DNA of 64,000 nt from Candidatus Eiseniibacteriota bacterium (GCA_963707915.1 OY970178.1:2272001-2336000); one strand, 5' to 3'. Numbered from the stretch's first letter, positions 18,878 to 29,245 are shown. Notes: a model not told the origin generated them from the letters alone. Program-made: numbers and translations.

Positions 18878-19480
18878 ATGGCGACCGACATCGCGGCGAT
18901 CCTGCGGGACCTCGAATCCTGCTACGACTTCACCGGCAAGACCGTGATCCACGTGGGCGCCGGCGGCGGCCAGTTCATCGGCTACGCCGGCAAGGCCGCC
19001 GGGGTGCTCGGAGTGGATCCCGATGCCGCGGCGGTCGAGCGCCTGCACTCGGCCATCCGGGAGCGCGGTCTCGAGAGCCGCTTCCGCGTGCGGCAGGGGG
19101 ACATCCTCTCGGTGAAGACCCGCGCGGACGTCGCGTTCTTCGAGTTCTGCCTCCACGAGATCGTGGACCCGCTCACCGCCCTGCGCCACGCCCGGAGCCT
19201 GGCCCCCGAGGTGTTCGTCGCGGACCACGCCCCGGGTTCGTCGTGGGCGTGGCACATGTGCGAGACGGAGAAGGTCCTGCGCGGCTGGACCGCGGTCGAG
19301 CGCTTCCCCCGCGTCCTCGAACGCACGTTCCCCGGCACGCAGCGCTTCCACGACCACGCGGAACTGCTCGCCAAGCTCCAGTCGCTCGGCGATTGCGTGG
19401 TCCGGCGCGTGCGGGAGTTCGAGGAGCAGCGGGACTTCACGATCGACATGCCGTACCGCGTGGCGGTACTGGCGAGGTGA
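18878..19480 (+). CDS. Class I SAM-dependent methyltransferase
   Basis: Motif I variant VIHVGAGGG, plus GVDP, GDIL and CLHEI. Confidence 0.75.
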   Translation: MATDIAAILRDLESCYDFTGKTVIHVGAGGGQFIGYAGKAAGVLGVDPDAAAVERLHSAIRERGLESRFRVRQGDILSVKTRADVAFFEFCLHEIVDPLTALRHARSLAPEVFVADHAPGSSWAWHMCETEKVLRGWTAVERFPRVLERTFPGTQRFHDHAELLAKLQSLGDCVVRRVREFEEQRDFTIDMPYRVAVLAR

Positions 19481-19585
19481 GCGTCCCGCTGCGCCGCAGC
19501 GACCGCATCCGCGTTCCCGCTTGCGGTCCGCGAGCGCTCCAAGCTAGGTTCGAACCTGGTCGCGTTCCCCACCCCGAGGTGCCCC

Positions 19586-21706
19586 ATGCCGGCTCCAGAC
19601 CGTCGCGCCCTTCCCGCTGCCGCACTGGCGGCGCTGCTCTCCCTCGGCGCCGGGCTCGCAGCGCAGCCCGCCGCCGGCGCCGCGCCCGGCGCGGAGCGTC
19701 CACCCTGGATGGCGTCCTCGGTCCAGGCCCTGGGGCGGTCGTTGGCGGCCCGGCACGGCGAGGCCGAGCGCGGCCGCATCGACGGCGGCCTGGCGCAGGT
19801 GGCCGACCGCTGGCGTGCCGGCGACGGCAGCGCCGCGGACTTCGCCGCATTCGTCGAGACCCACTACGCGCCCGCGGGACCGCAGTTGGACGCGCTGTTC
19901 GCGCGCCTCGAGGGCAATCTCGAAAGCCTCGACGGCCACCTGAATGAGATCGAGCGCGACTGGCGCAGCCAGTCCGAGCTGGACCTCGGGCCGGCCTACC
20001 CGTTCGACGAGTTGATGGCGGGCTACGCGCCGGGCGCGCACTTCCTCGACGACAGCTTCCGCAACAAGCTGGCCTTCGTCGTGCTCCTCAACTTCCCGCT
20101 CAGCACGCTCGAGCAGCGGCAGGCCACGGGTGCGACCTGGACCCGGCGGCAGTGGGCCGAAGCGAGGCTCGCCGACCGCTTCGCCCGGCGGGTCCCGGCC
20201 GAGGTGAACCAGGCCTTCGCCGAAGCCAGCGCCGAGGCCGAGACCTACATCGCGGGCTACAACCTGTGGGTCCACCATCTGCTCGACGCCAAGGGCCAGC
20301 GTCCGTTCGCCGCTGGCAAGCGCCTCCTCAGCCACTGGAACCTGCGCGACGAGCTCAAGGCCCACTACGCGCGCGGCGCGGCGGGTCTCGACGCGCAGCG
20401 GACCATGGCCCGGGCGATGGAGCGCATCGTCGACCAGACCATCCCCGCCTGCGTCATCGACGACCCGTTCGTCGACTGGAACCCCTTCACCAACGAGGTC
20501 CGGCCCGCGACCGTGAAGGACAGCGACCGCCCCGCCCCCGTGGACCTGAAGATCACGAACGCGCCCGAACCGGACCGCCGCTACGCCGTGCTGCTGAAAT
20601 GCTTCCAGGCGGTGAAGCTCCAGGATCCCTACAGCCCGCGCACCCCCACCCACATCGCCCGCAGCTTCGAGGAGGGCCGCCAGCTCCCCGAGGCCCGCGT
20701 GAAGGAGATGCTCGAGGACGTCTGCGGCAGCCCACAGGTGAGGGAGGTGGCGAAGGTCATCGAGCGGCGCCTCGGTCGCAGGCTCGAGCCATTCGACATC
20801 TGGTACAACGGCCTGCGCCCCGCGAGCAGCGTGAGCGAGGCGGAGCTGGACGCCATCACCCGCGAGCGCTACCCCACGCCCGCGGCCTTCGACCGGGACC
20901 TGCCCAACATCCTCGGTTCGCTCGGCTTCAGCGCGGAGCGCGCCGCCTTCCTCGCCTCCAAGATCGACGTGGACCCCGCGCGCGGCTCCGGCCACGCCGC
21001 CGGCGCGTCCCGCCGCGCCGACAATGCCCGGCTGCGCACCCGCGTGGGCAGGGACGGCATGGACTACAAGGGTTTCAACATCGCCGTCCACGAACTGGGC
21101 CACAACGTCGAGCAGGTCTTCGGCCTCGACCTGGTGGACCACACGCTGCTGCAGGGCGTGCCCAACACCGCGTTCACCGAGGCGATGGCCTACACCTTTC
21201 AGAACCGCGACCTCGAGATCCTCGGCGTGCCGCGCAGGGCCGAGGACGCGCAGGCCCGGGCCCTGAAGACGCTGGGCGAGTTCTGGCAGACCTACGAGAT
21301 CTCGGGCGTGTCGCTGGTGGACATGGCGATCTGGCAGTGGATGTACGACCACCCCGACGCGACGCCGGCCGAGCTGAAGGCGGCGACCCTGCGGATCGCG
21401 AAGGACGTGTGGAATGCCTACTTCGCCCCGGTCTTCGGTCGGAAGGACTGCACGCTGCTGGCGGTCTACAGCCACATCGTCCACTCGTTCCTGTACGTCC
21501 CCGACTACGCCGTCGGACACCTGATCGGCGTGCAGGTGGAGACCCAGATCGCGAAGAGCGGCGACGTGGCCGGGGAGGTCGAGCGCATGTGCCGCATCGG
21601 CAACGTCGCCCCCGACCTGTGGATGATGCAGGCCACCGGCAGCCCGGTCGGCCCCGAGTCCCTGCTGGCGGCCACCGCCGCGGCACTGAAGCAGGTCGGC
21701 AGGTAG
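19586..21706 (+). CDS. Secreted putative zinc metallopeptidase (gluzincin-like)
   Basis: Signal peptide, HELGH motif and a downstream Glu in NTAFTEAMA. 706-aa ORF with typical codon bias. Confidence 0.65.
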   Translation: MPAPDRRALPAAALAALLSLGAGLAAQPAAGAAPGAERPPWMASSVQALGRSLAARHGEAERGRIDGGLAQVADRWRAGDGSAADFAAFVETHYAPAGPQLDALFARLEGNLESLDGHLNEIERDWRSQSELDLGPAYPFDELMAGYAPGAHFLDDSFRNKLAFVVLLNFPLSTLEQRQATGATWTRRQWAEARLADRFARRVPAEVNQAFAEASAEAETYIAGYNLWVHHLLDAKGQRPFAAGKRLLSHWNLRDELKAHYARGAAGLDAQRTMARAMERIVDQTIPACVIDDPFVDWNPFTNEVRPATVKDSDRPAPVDLKITNAPEPDRRYAVLLKCFQAVKLQDPYSPRTPTHIARSFEEGRQLPEARVKEMLEDVCGSPQVREVAKVIERRLGRRLEPFDIWYNGLRPASSVSEAELDAITRERYPTPAAFDRDLPNILGSLGFSAERAAFLASKIDVDPARGSGHAAGASRRADNARLRTRVGRDGMDYKGFNIAVHELGHNVEQVFGLDLVDHTLLQGVPNTAFTEAMAYTFQNRDLEILGVPRRAEDAQARALKTLGEFWQTYEISGVSLVDMAIWQWMYDHPDATPAELKAATLRIAKDVWNAYFAPVFGRKDCTLLAVYSHIVHSFLYVPDYAVGHLIGVQVETQIAKSGDVAGEVERMCRIGNVAPDLWMMQATGSPVGPESLLAATAAALKQVGR

Positions 21707-21737
21707 CCACGTCCTTCATCGCAACGGAGGCCCTCCC

Positions 21738-22058
21738 ATGGCGGACGAGTTCGCGTACCGGATCCGGCCGGTCCGCCCCGGCATGCTCACCGGGGGCCCG
21801 ACCGACGCCGAGGCCGCGGCGATCGAGCGGCACTTCGCCTACCTGGAGCAGGCCATGGCGGCGGGCACCCTGCTGATGGCGGGACGGACGCTGACCACGG
21901 ACGAGGGCAGCTTCGGCATCGTGGTCTTCCGCGCCGGGTCACCGGAGGCGGCACGTCGCTTCGCCGAAGCCGACCCCGCCGTGCAGGAGGGCGTGATGCG
22001 GGCGGAGGTGTTCCCGTTCCGCGTGGCACTGCTGGCCGAGCGGTGGGAGCGCGGGTGA
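21738..22058 (+). CDS. YciI-family protein
   Basis: HFAYL, LMAGRT and ADPAV, with a GGAGG RBS. Confidence 0.8.
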   Translation: MADEFAYRIRPVRPGMLTGGPTDAEAAAIERHFAYLEQAMAAGTLLMAGRTLTTDEGSFGIVVFRAGSPEAARRFAEADPAVQEGVMRAEVFPFRVALLAERWERG

Positions 22059-22083
22059 GCCCCGCCGGAGACCCGGGTCCCGC

Positions 22084-22698
22084 GTGATCACCTACCTCGC
22101 CATCGGGATGACCTACGCCTTCGCGTCGGCCGTGCAGCCCGGGCCGCTGCAGGCCTACATCATCTCGCAGACCATCCGCCACGGCTGGCGCCGCGCGCTG
22201 CCCGCGGCGTTCTCGCCACTGCTCAGCGACGGCCCGATCATCGTGCTGATGCTGGTGGTGCTGAGCCGCCTGCCGGCGTGGCTGATCCCGGCCGTGCGGC
22301 TCGCCGGCGGCGCGCTGCTGCTGCTGTTCGCCTTCCTCGCGGCACGGTCATGGTGGCGCTACGACCCCGCCGCGGCCACGACCGCGACCGCCCGGCCGCG
22401 CAGCCTGCTGGGAGCGACCGCGGTGAACCTGATGAGCCCGGGCCCGTACCTGGGCTGGAGCCTGGTGATGGGCCCGCTGCTGCTCAAGGGCTGGCGCGAG
22501 GCCCCGGCCAACGGCATCGCGCTGCTGGTCGGCTTCTACGGCGTGCTGGTCGCGAGCATGGCCGTCATCATCATGCTCGCCGGAACCGCCCGCGGCCTGG
22601 GCCCGCGCGCGAACCGCGCCCTGATCGGCCTCTCGGCGGTGGCGCTCGCCGGACTGGGCGCGTGGCAACTGTGGGCCTGGGCGGCGGGGCGACAGTAG
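22084..22698 (+). CDS. LysE-family exporter
   Basis: N-terminal PGP motif, hydrophobic, NLMSPGPYLGW. Confidence 0.85.
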   Translation: MITYLAIGMTYAFASAVQPGPLQAYIISQTIRHGWRRALPAAFSPLLSDGPIIVLMLVVLSRLPAWLIPAVRLAGGALLLLFAFLAARSWWRYDPAAATTATARPRSLLGATAVNLMSPGPYLGWSLVMGPLLLKGWREAPANGIALLVGFYGVLVASMAVIIMLAGTARGLGPRANRALIGLSAVALAGLGAWQLWAWAAGRQ

Positions 22699-22732
22699 CC
22701 CGCGACCACGTCCATGGCCCGCGGGAGACGGC

Positions 22733-22981
22733 CTATCCCTCCCGGTCGCCGCCGCGCAGGTGGCCGAAGCCGGAGTCCTCGCCCAGCAACTGGTCGTCCA
22801 GCCAGCGGTCGATGATGCTCCGCCGGAAGCGCCACTCCTTGCCCAGCTTCACCGCGGGGATGCGCTTCTCCTGCGCCCACTTGTAGATGGTCTGCGGCTT
22901 CAGGCGCAGGTAGCGGGCGACCTCCTCGAGCGTGAGGATCTCGTGCTCCGCGCCCGCGGGGTCCGCCGGCGGACCGCTCAC
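22733..22981 (-). CDS. Excisionase/BldC-like (HTH_17) DNA-binding protein
   Basis: LTLEEVARYLRL..TIYKWAQEKRIPAVKLGKEWRF. Confidence 0.9.
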   Translation of the reverse strand: MSGPPADPAGAEHEILTLEEVARYLRLKPQTIYKWAQEKRIPAVKLGKEWRFRRSIIDRWLDDQLLGEDSGFGHLRGGDREG

Positions 22982-23805
22982 GGCCGGCCGCCCGGGATGC
23001 TGTCGAAGACCGGCGGGACCACCAGGCGGTAGCCCCGCGGTGCCTCGACCGGCCGGGGCGGGACGGCCACGCCGGCCCTTCCCTTGTCCTCTCCCTGCGA
23101 GAGCTTCTGCAGCGAGTAGACCACCGCCGTGTAGAAGTTGCCCTCGTAGCGCCGGAACACCTGGAACGGTTCACCGCGGTCCCCGACGAAGGGACGCAGG
23201 TTCCACGCCATCTGCACCCCCACGAAGGCGAACAGCACGGCCCACACCTGCATGATCGTCATCGCGTGCCGCGGGTAGACGCCGCGCTTCTCGCAGGCGT
23301 AGGCCAGGCCCTCGTGCAGCGCGAACATGCCGACCAGGCCCGCCCCGAGCACGATCACGACGTGCAGCAGCTCGAGGAAGTAGTAGTTCGCGGCGGTCAG
23401 CAGGAAGAAGAGGACGATCGGAACGACGGCGGCCAGCACGATGGCGCAGAGCGCCAGGGCGCCGGCGATGAGCGCGAGCACCTGCGCCAGTCGCAGGCGC
23501 GAGCCGACGAGGACCTGGACCACGAAGAACCCGGGGAAGCAGATCGCCAGCGTGCCGAGGAACAGCAGGGGAAGCTTGATGGCGGAGGAGAGCACCTGGA
23601 GCGGGCCGGCGTAGGCACCGGCCGCCGCCCCGTAGAATGCGCCGAGGAGGACGAGCGTCCAGAGCGAACGGACGATCTTGCCGCCCAGGTCCCGGCCATC
23701 GGCGACGTCGGCGAAGAACCGCTCGCGGTCGCTCAGGAGCTGGGAGAGGAACGACGCGTACCCGGACGCTGTGGGATGGGCGGGAATCGCTGAAGAATCG
23801 TTCAT
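22978..23805 (-). CDS. Conserved multi-pass membrane protein (possibly Yip1-like)
   Basis: About five TM segments, KLPLLF..TLAICFP and VGVQMAWNLRPFVG, with an AAGGAGG RBS. Confidence 0.75.
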   Translation of the reverse strand: MNDSSAIPAHPTASGYASFLSQLLSDRERFFADVADGRDLGGKIVRSLWTLVLLGAFYGAAAGAYAGPLQVLSSAIKLPLLFLGTLAICFPGFFVVQVLVGSRLRLAQVLALIAGALALCAIVLAAVVPIVLFFLLTAANYYFLELLHVVIVLGAGLVGMFALHEGLAYACEKRGVYPRHAMTIMQVWAVLFAFVGVQMAWNLRPFVGDRGEPFQVFRRYEGNFYTAVVYSLQKLSQGEDKGRAGVAVPPRPVEAPRGYRLVVPPVFDSIPGGRP

Positions 23806-23828
23806 GTCGCGGCCTCCTTTGTGACATG

Positions 23829-23875
23829 ATTATCCCACGCCAGAGACGTTTTGCAACTGTTTTCTGCTGTTTTCT
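23829..23875 (-). promoter_or_regulatory. Sigma70-like promoter with upstream phased direct repeats
   Basis: Minus strand TTGCAA-16 bp-GATAAT. CTGTTTTCT occurs at 23857 and 23867, with a related CGTTTTGCA at 23847. Confidence 0.6.
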
Positions 23876-24009
23876 ACGACAACCCACGTCGATGTCCGGC
23901 CGACCGCCCACCGGCGACCGGCCGCCACCTCCACGAGCCGCTTCCAGCAGCGAGTTGCACGGCTTGCTAGTATTCCGCGATCCAGTCACCCCCAACCCGG
24001 AGTCGGCAC

Positions 24010-24957
24010 GTGTCCAAGGTCCACGACGTCGTCATCATCGGTGCGGGCCCGGCCGGCTACACGGCCGCCATCTACGCCGCGCGCGCCAGCCTCCAGCCGC
24101 TCATGATCGTCGGCCCCCAGCCCGGCGGACAGCTCACCATCACCACCGAGGTCGAGAACTACCCGGGCTTCCCCGAGGGCATCCAGGGGCCGGAGCTGAT
24201 GCAGAAGTTCCGCGAGCAGGCGGAGCGCTTCGGCACCGGGATCGTCGAGGCCACGGTCGAGAGCGTGGACTTCTCGAAGCCGCCCTTCATCATCCGCACC
24301 GACCAGGGCGAGCACCTGGCGAAGACGGTCATCGTCGCGACCGGGGCCTCGGCGCGTCTGCTGGGGATCCCGAGCGAGCAGGAGTTCTTCGGCTTCGGCG
24401 TCTCCGCCTGCGCCACCTGCGACGGCTTCTTCTTCAAGGGCAAGCGCGTGATGGTCGTGGGCGGCGGCGACACCGCGCTCGAGGAGGCCAACTTCCTCGC
24501 ACGCTTCTGCGCCGAGGTGACCGTGGTGCATCGCCGCGACCAGATGCGCGCGTCGAAGATCATGCAGGAGCGCTCGCAGCAGAACCCGAAGATCCGCTTC
24601 ATCCTGAACGCGACGGTGGAGGAGGTGCTCGGCGAGACGGCCCCCCGGCACGTGGTGAAGGCCGTGAAGCTGCGCGACACGAAGACGGGCGCGCTCAGCG
24701 AGCATGCGATCGACGGCATCTTCGTGGCCATCGGGCACCAGCCCAACACCGCCTTCCTCAAGGGCCAGCTGCCACTCGACGCGAAGGACTACGTGGTCGT
24801 CGAGCCGGGCAGCACGCGCACCGGCGTCGCGGGCGTGTTCGCGGCCGGCGACGTCGCCGACTCCGTCTACCGCCAGGCGGTGTCCGCGGCGGGCAGCGGC
24901 TGCCAGGCGGCGATCGATGCCGAACGCTGGCTCGAAGCGCAGGGACACGGCCGCTAG
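24010..24957 (+). CDS. trxB: Thioredoxin-disulfide reductase
   Basis: GAGPAG, GGQL, CATCDG, GGGDTA, HRRD and FAAGDV..YRQA. Confidence 0.97.
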   Translation: MSKVHDVVIIGAGPAGYTAAIYAARASLQPLMIVGPQPGGQLTITTEVENYPGFPEGIQGPELMQKFREQAERFGTGIVEATVESVDFSKPPFIIRTDQGEHLAKTVIVATGASARLLGIPSEQEFFGFGVSACATCDGFFFKGKRVMVVGGGDTALEEANFLARFCAEVTVVHRRDQMRASKIMQERSQQNPKIRFILNATVEEVLGETAPRHVVKAVKLRDTKTGALSEHAIDGIFVAIGHQPNTAFLKGQLPLDAKDYVVVEPGSTRTGVAGVFAAGDVADSVYRQAVSAAGSGCQAAIDAERWLEAQGHGR

Positions 24958-24970
24958 CCTGGGGAGCGAC

Positions 24971-26659
24971 ATGGAACGCGAAGTCCTCGAGTTCGACGTG
25001 CAGTTCGTGGGCGCGGGGCCGGCCGGCCTCGCGGGCGCCATCCACCTCGCGAACCTGGTCGCGCGCCACGACGCGAACGTGGCCGCCGGCGCGCCCGGCC
25101 GGCCGCTGGGCGAGATCGCGATCGCCGTCATCGAGAAGGGCAGGCGCGTGGGCGCCCACGGCCTTTCGGGCGCGGTGCTCGATCCGCGCGCGCTGGCCGA
25201 GCTCGTCCCCGACTGGCGCGCGAAGGGTTGCCCGGTCGCCAGCGAGGTGATCGCGGACGACGTCTACTTCCTGTGGGAGACCGGCCGGTTCCGCCTGCCG
25301 GTGCTGCCGCCGATCCTGCAGAACCACGGCAACTCCATCGTCTCGCTCGGCCGCCTGGTGGAGTGGCTGGCCGGCATCGCCGAGGAGAAGGGCGTGCTGG
25401 TCGTGACCGAGACCGCCGCCTCGCAGCCGCTGGTCGAGGACGGCCGGCTCGCGGGCGTGCGCACCGGCGACAAGGGCGTGGACCGGTCGGGCGCGCCGAA
25501 GCCCAACCACCAACCCGGCTCCGAGTGCCGCGCGAAGGCGACGGTGCTGTGCGAGGGCCCGCGCGGCACGCTGGCGAAGGCGCTCGAAACCTCGCTCGGG
25601 TTGACGGTCGGGCGGAACGCCCAGGTCTACTCGACCGGCGTGAAGGAGCTCTGGGAGGTCCCCGCGGGCCACGCGCAGCCGGGACGCGTGATCCACACCA
25701 TGGGCTGGCCGCTCCCCGACGACACCTTCGGCGGCGGCTTCGTCTACGGCATGGACGATTCGCACTGGGCACTCGGGCTCGTCACCGGCCTCGACGCGCC
25801 CGACCCGGTGAACGATCCGCACGGCCACTTCCAGCGCTGGAAGACCCACCCGCTGCTGCGCCCGTTGCTCGCGGGCGGCAAGCCCGTCGCCTACGGGGCC
25901 AAGGCCATCCCCGAGGGCGGCTGGTGGGCCATGCCGAAGCTCTCGGCCGACGGCCTGCTCCTCGCCGGCGACTCCGGCGGGTTCCTCAACGGCGCGCGCC
26001 TGAAGGGCATCCACCTCGCCATCAAGTCGGGCATGCTCGCCGCCGAGACGCTGTTCGAGTGCCTCCTGGCCGGGGACTTCTCGAAGGAGCGGCTCGCCAA
26101 GTACGAGGAGCGGGTCCGGCACTCGTGGGCCGCGGACGAGCTCCGGAGCGTGCGCAACTTCCACCAGGGCTTCGCGGGCGGACTCTACGCCGGCATGGCC
26201 AGCGCGGCGATCCAGATGGCGCTGGGCGGACGCGACGCGTTCGGCGACCGGCTCGGGAACGCGCCGGGACACGAGCACATGCGCCGGCTGCGCGAGCGCC
26301 ACCCTCACGGCAAGCCCGCGCCGCAGAAGTTCGACGGCGTGCTCACCTTCGACAAGCTGGCGGACGTCTACCTCTCGGGCACGAAGCACGACGAGGACCA
26401 GCCCGTGCACCTGGTCGTGACCGACCCGGGCATCTGCGCCACGAGGTGCCGGGAGGAATTCGGCAACCCCTGCCAGCACTTCTGCCCGGCGAGCGTCTAC
26501 GAGATGGTGCCGGACGAATCGAAGCCCGACGCGCTGCGCCTGCAGATCAACGCGTCGAACTGCGTGCACTGCAAGACCTGCGACATCGCCGACCCGTACC
26601 AGGTCATCACCTGGGTCCCGCCCGAGGGGGGCGACGGCCCGGACTACAAGGACCTGTAG
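24971..26659 (+). CDS. Electron transfer flavoprotein-ubiquinone oxidoreductase
   Basis: VGAGPAGL, LSGAVLDP, KGIHLAIKSG, and a C-terminal CPASVYE..NCVHCKTCDI 4Fe-4S site. Confidence 0.95.
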   Translation: MEREVLEFDVQFVGAGPAGLAGAIHLANLVARHDANVAAGAPGRPLGEIAIAVIEKGRRVGAHGLSGAVLDPRALAELVPDWRAKGCPVASEVIADDVYFLWETGRFRLPVLPPILQNHGNSIVSLGRLVEWLAGIAEEKGVLVVTETAASQPLVEDGRLAGVRTGDKGVDRSGAPKPNHQPGSECRAKATVLCEGPRGTLAKALETSLGLTVGRNAQVYSTGVKELWEVPAGHAQPGRVIHTMGWPLPDDTFGGGFVYGMDDSHWALGLVTGLDAPDPVNDPHGHFQRWKTHPLLRPLLAGGKPVAYGAKAIPEGGWWAMPKLSADGLLLAGDSGGFLNGARLKGIHLAIKSGMLAAETLFECLLAGDFSKERLAKYEERVRHSWAADELRSVRNFHQGFAGGLYAGMASAAIQMALGGRDAFGDRLGNAPGHEHMRRLRERHPHGKPAPQKFDGVLTFDKLADVYLSGTKHDEDQPVHLVVTDPGICATRCREEFGNPCQHFCPASVYEMVPDESKPDALRLQINASNCVHCKTCDIADPYQVITWVPPEGGDGPDYKDL

Positions 26660-26672
26660 CCGGGCGGGAGGC

Positions 26673-28649
26673 TTACGCCGCGGCCCGGCCCGCCGCCCCG
26701 CCGTCGAGCAGCTCGTGGATCCGCTCGAGCAGCTCGCCCGGGGAGAACGGCTTCTGGAGGAGCGTGACGCCCTCGTCCAGGCGGCCGTTGTGGAAGATCC
26801 CGGTTTCGGAGTAGCCGGACATGAAGATGACCCGCAGTCCCGGCCGCAGCCGCGCGAGCCCCAGCGCGACCTCCTTGCCGTTCATCCCCGGCATGACCAT
26901 GTCCGTGAGCGCCAGGTGGAGCTCGCCGTCGTGCCCCCCCGCGACCTGGAGCGCCGTCGCGCCGTCGCGGGCGGGCAGGACGCGATAGCCGCCCTCGCGG
27001 AGGGTCTCGGAGACCAGCTCGAGGAGCAGCGGCTCGTCCTCGACCACGAGGATCGTCTCGCCCTGGCCCTGCAGTCTCCGCGCCGACCCGGCCGGAGCGA
27101 CCGGGGCTGCCAGCGGAGCATCCACGATCGGCAGATAGACCTTGAACGTGGTCCCCACTCCGACCTCGCTGTATGCCGTGATGTGGCCTTCGCTCTGCCG
27201 GACGATGCCGTAGACCATCGAGAGCCCGAGACCGGTGCCCTGGCCCATCGGCTTGGTGGTGAAGAACGGCTCGAACACGTCCGCCAGCACTTCGCGGGTC
27301 ATCCCGCAGCCGGTGTCGGTCATGGCGAGCATGACGTACTCTCCCGGGGGGACGTCGTCGCCGCCCAGCAGGGGCCCCGGCTCCCGCCGGACGTTGGCCG
27401 CCTCGAGCAGGAGCCGTCCGCCCCGCGGCATGGCGTCGCGGGCGTTGACGGCCAGGTTCATCATCACCTGCTCGAGCTGCCCGGGGTCGATCTTCACGCG
27501 GCCCAGGCCCTCCGGCATGCGGATCACCAGCTCGATGTCCTCGCCGATCAGGCGTGCGAGCATGCTCCCCAGGTCCTCGACGACGGTGCGGACATCGAGC
27601 ACCTTGGGCGCCAGCATCTGCTTGCGGCTGAACGCCAGGAGCTGGCGCGTGAGCCCCGCCGCACGTTCGGCGGCCTTGAGGATCTCGTCGAGGCCGCGGC
27701 GGTGCGGCGAATCCTCCCCGATGCGCCGCACCAGCAGGTCGCCGCGGCCCTTGATGACGGTCAGCAGGTTGTTGAAGTCGTGGGCGACCCCGCCCGCCAG
27801 CCGGCCGATGGCCTCCATCTTCTGGGCCTGGCGGAGCTGCTCCTCGCTGCGAAGCAGGGCCTCCTCCGCGCGGCGGCGCTCGGCCACCTCGGCCTCGAGC
27901 TGGGCGACCTTGGCCTCCAGCTCGATCCGGATCCCGTGCAGGGCCTTGTCCCGGTTCTCGATCTGGGCCAGCATGTTGTTGAAGGCCCGGGCCATGTACG
28001 CCACCTCGTCCCCGCCCGTCTCGGTCACCCGGACCGAGAAGTCCTGTCGCTCGGCGACGAGCCGCGCCGCCCGGGCCAGCCGGAGGATCGGCAGCGCGAC
28101 CAGCGGCTGGATCGCGATGGACAGGAAGAAGGCCGCCGCGCAGGCCAGCAGCAGCACCAGCAGCACGGTGAGGCCGTAGCGGACCAGGCGCAGGCGCAGC
28201 TCCTGCAGGTCCGAGACCACGACCAGCCGGCCGATCGCCGCTCCGTCCACGAGCAACGTGCGCCCGACGACCAGGTGGCCGGCGCTGAACTGGTGCCCGT
28301 CGCGCGTGAGGTCCGGAGACCGGGTCCACGCGCCGTGCCGGGGCGATGCGAACCGGGCGAAGAGCCGGCCGGAGGGCCGGTAGAGGAGCGCGCGCTCGAC
28401 CGACGACTTGGCGGCCAGGGTCGCGAGCACGTCCCCCGCCGATGGCGCGTCGTTGAAGAGCAGCGGGGCCGAGCAGTTGTCCCCGATCACGGCCGAGAGC
28501 GTCTCGACGTCGCTCACCATCCGCGACCGGAACGTGTAGACGTCGTACGCGAGGAATGCCGCGCTCGCGAGCAGCAGCGCGGCCACGCTGGTGAGCATGT
28601 TGACCAGGGTGATCTTGCCGCGCAGGGAGAGCCGCTGGTGGAGCTTCAT
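26673..28649 (-). CDS. Hybrid sensor kinase (YfiN-like sensor, HAMP, HisKA, HATPase, REC)
   Basis: APLLFND, QAQKMEAIGRLAGGVAHDFNNLL, FFTTK and a C-terminal REC (TDMVMP, QKPF). Confidence 0.93.
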   Translation of the reverse strand: MKLHQRLSLRGKITLVNMLTSVAALLLASAAFLAYDVYTFRSRMVSDVETLSAVIGDNCSAPLLFNDAPSAGDVLATLAAKSSVERALLYRPSGRLFARFASPRHGAWTRSPDLTRDGHQFSAGHLVVGRTLLVDGAAIGRLVVVSDLQELRLRLVRYGLTVLLVLLLACAAAFFLSIAIQPLVALPILRLARAARLVAERQDFSVRVTETGGDEVAYMARAFNNMLAQIENRDKALHGIRIELEAKVAQLEAEVAERRRAEEALLRSEEQLRQAQKMEAIGRLAGGVAHDFNNLLTVIKGRGDLLVRRIGEDSPHRRGLDEILKAAERAAGLTRQLLAFSRKQMLAPKVLDVRTVVEDLGSMLARLIGEDIELVIRMPEGLGRVKIDPGQLEQVMMNLAVNARDAMPRGGRLLLEAANVRREPGPLLGGDDVPPGEYVMLAMTDTGCGMTREVLADVFEPFFTTKPMGQGTGLGLSMVYGIVRQSEGHITAYSEVGVGTTFKVYLPIVDAPLAAPVAPAGSARRLQGQGETILVVEDEPLLLELVSETLREGGYRVLPARDGATALQVAGGHDGELHLALTDMVMPGMNGKEVALGLARLRPGLRVIFMSGYSETGIFHNGRLDEGVTLLQKPFSPGELLERIHELLDGGAAGRAAA

Positions 28650-29245
28650 CGCGCCCCCCCGGCCTGCTTCCGTCCCAGGACCAGGTCCGCGACCCGCAGC
28701 AGGCCCGAGCTCAACTGGAGGCGCGCGGAATCGGCGGCCGCCACGTTGACGTCGAAGCGCACGCGGTCGCCGACCGTCTTGAGGCGGATGATGCCGCCGG
28801 CGGCGGCGAAGTCGTCCTGCTCGCCCACCGTCAGCACCGGTTTCGAGCGGAGCCTGCGCAGTTCCCCGGCGAGGGACCGCTTCCCGGTGGCGCCGACGAA
28901 CAGGACGTCGCAACGCGAGGCGTCGTCGAAGGTGGAGAGGCGCCGCAGGACGATCGGCCGGCCGGCCGGGACCCGCCCGGCGAACAGCCGGTCGATCGCG
29001 TCTCCGAACGGATCCGCGCCCACGATGCCGACCACGATCGTGTCGCGGGCCGCGTCCGCCTCGGGCCAGGTGACGAAGTGGATGAAGTTGTAGAGGAACG
29101 CCGCCTTCACCTCGTACTCGTCGCGCGGACGCGCGGCACGAGCCGCCGGGACGGCGGCGCAGGCGGAGAGGAACCCGAGCCCGAGCAGGAACCACGATCC
29201 CACCCGCGAAGACCGCCGGCGGGAACGGCCCGTCGCGACGCTCAT
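28646..29245 (-). CDS. YfiR-family periplasmic protein
   Basis: EYEVKAAFLYNFIHFVTWP and RFDVN..LQLSSGLL. Confidence 0.92.
   Translation of the reverse strand: MSVATGRSRRRSSRVGSWFLLGLGFLSACAAVPAARAARPRDEYEVKAAFLYNFIHFVTWPEADAARDTIVVGIVGADPFGDAIDRLFAGRVPAGRPIVLRRLSTFDDASRCDVLFVGATGKRSLAGELRRLRSKPVLTVGEQDDFAAAGGIIRLKTVGDRVRFDVNVAAADSARLQLSSGLLRVADLVLGRKQAGGAR

Noticed and set aside
22733..22981. Excisionase as evidence of a prophage or ICE
   Set aside because: No integrase, att site or phage genes are nearby, and the flanking genes are housekeeping.
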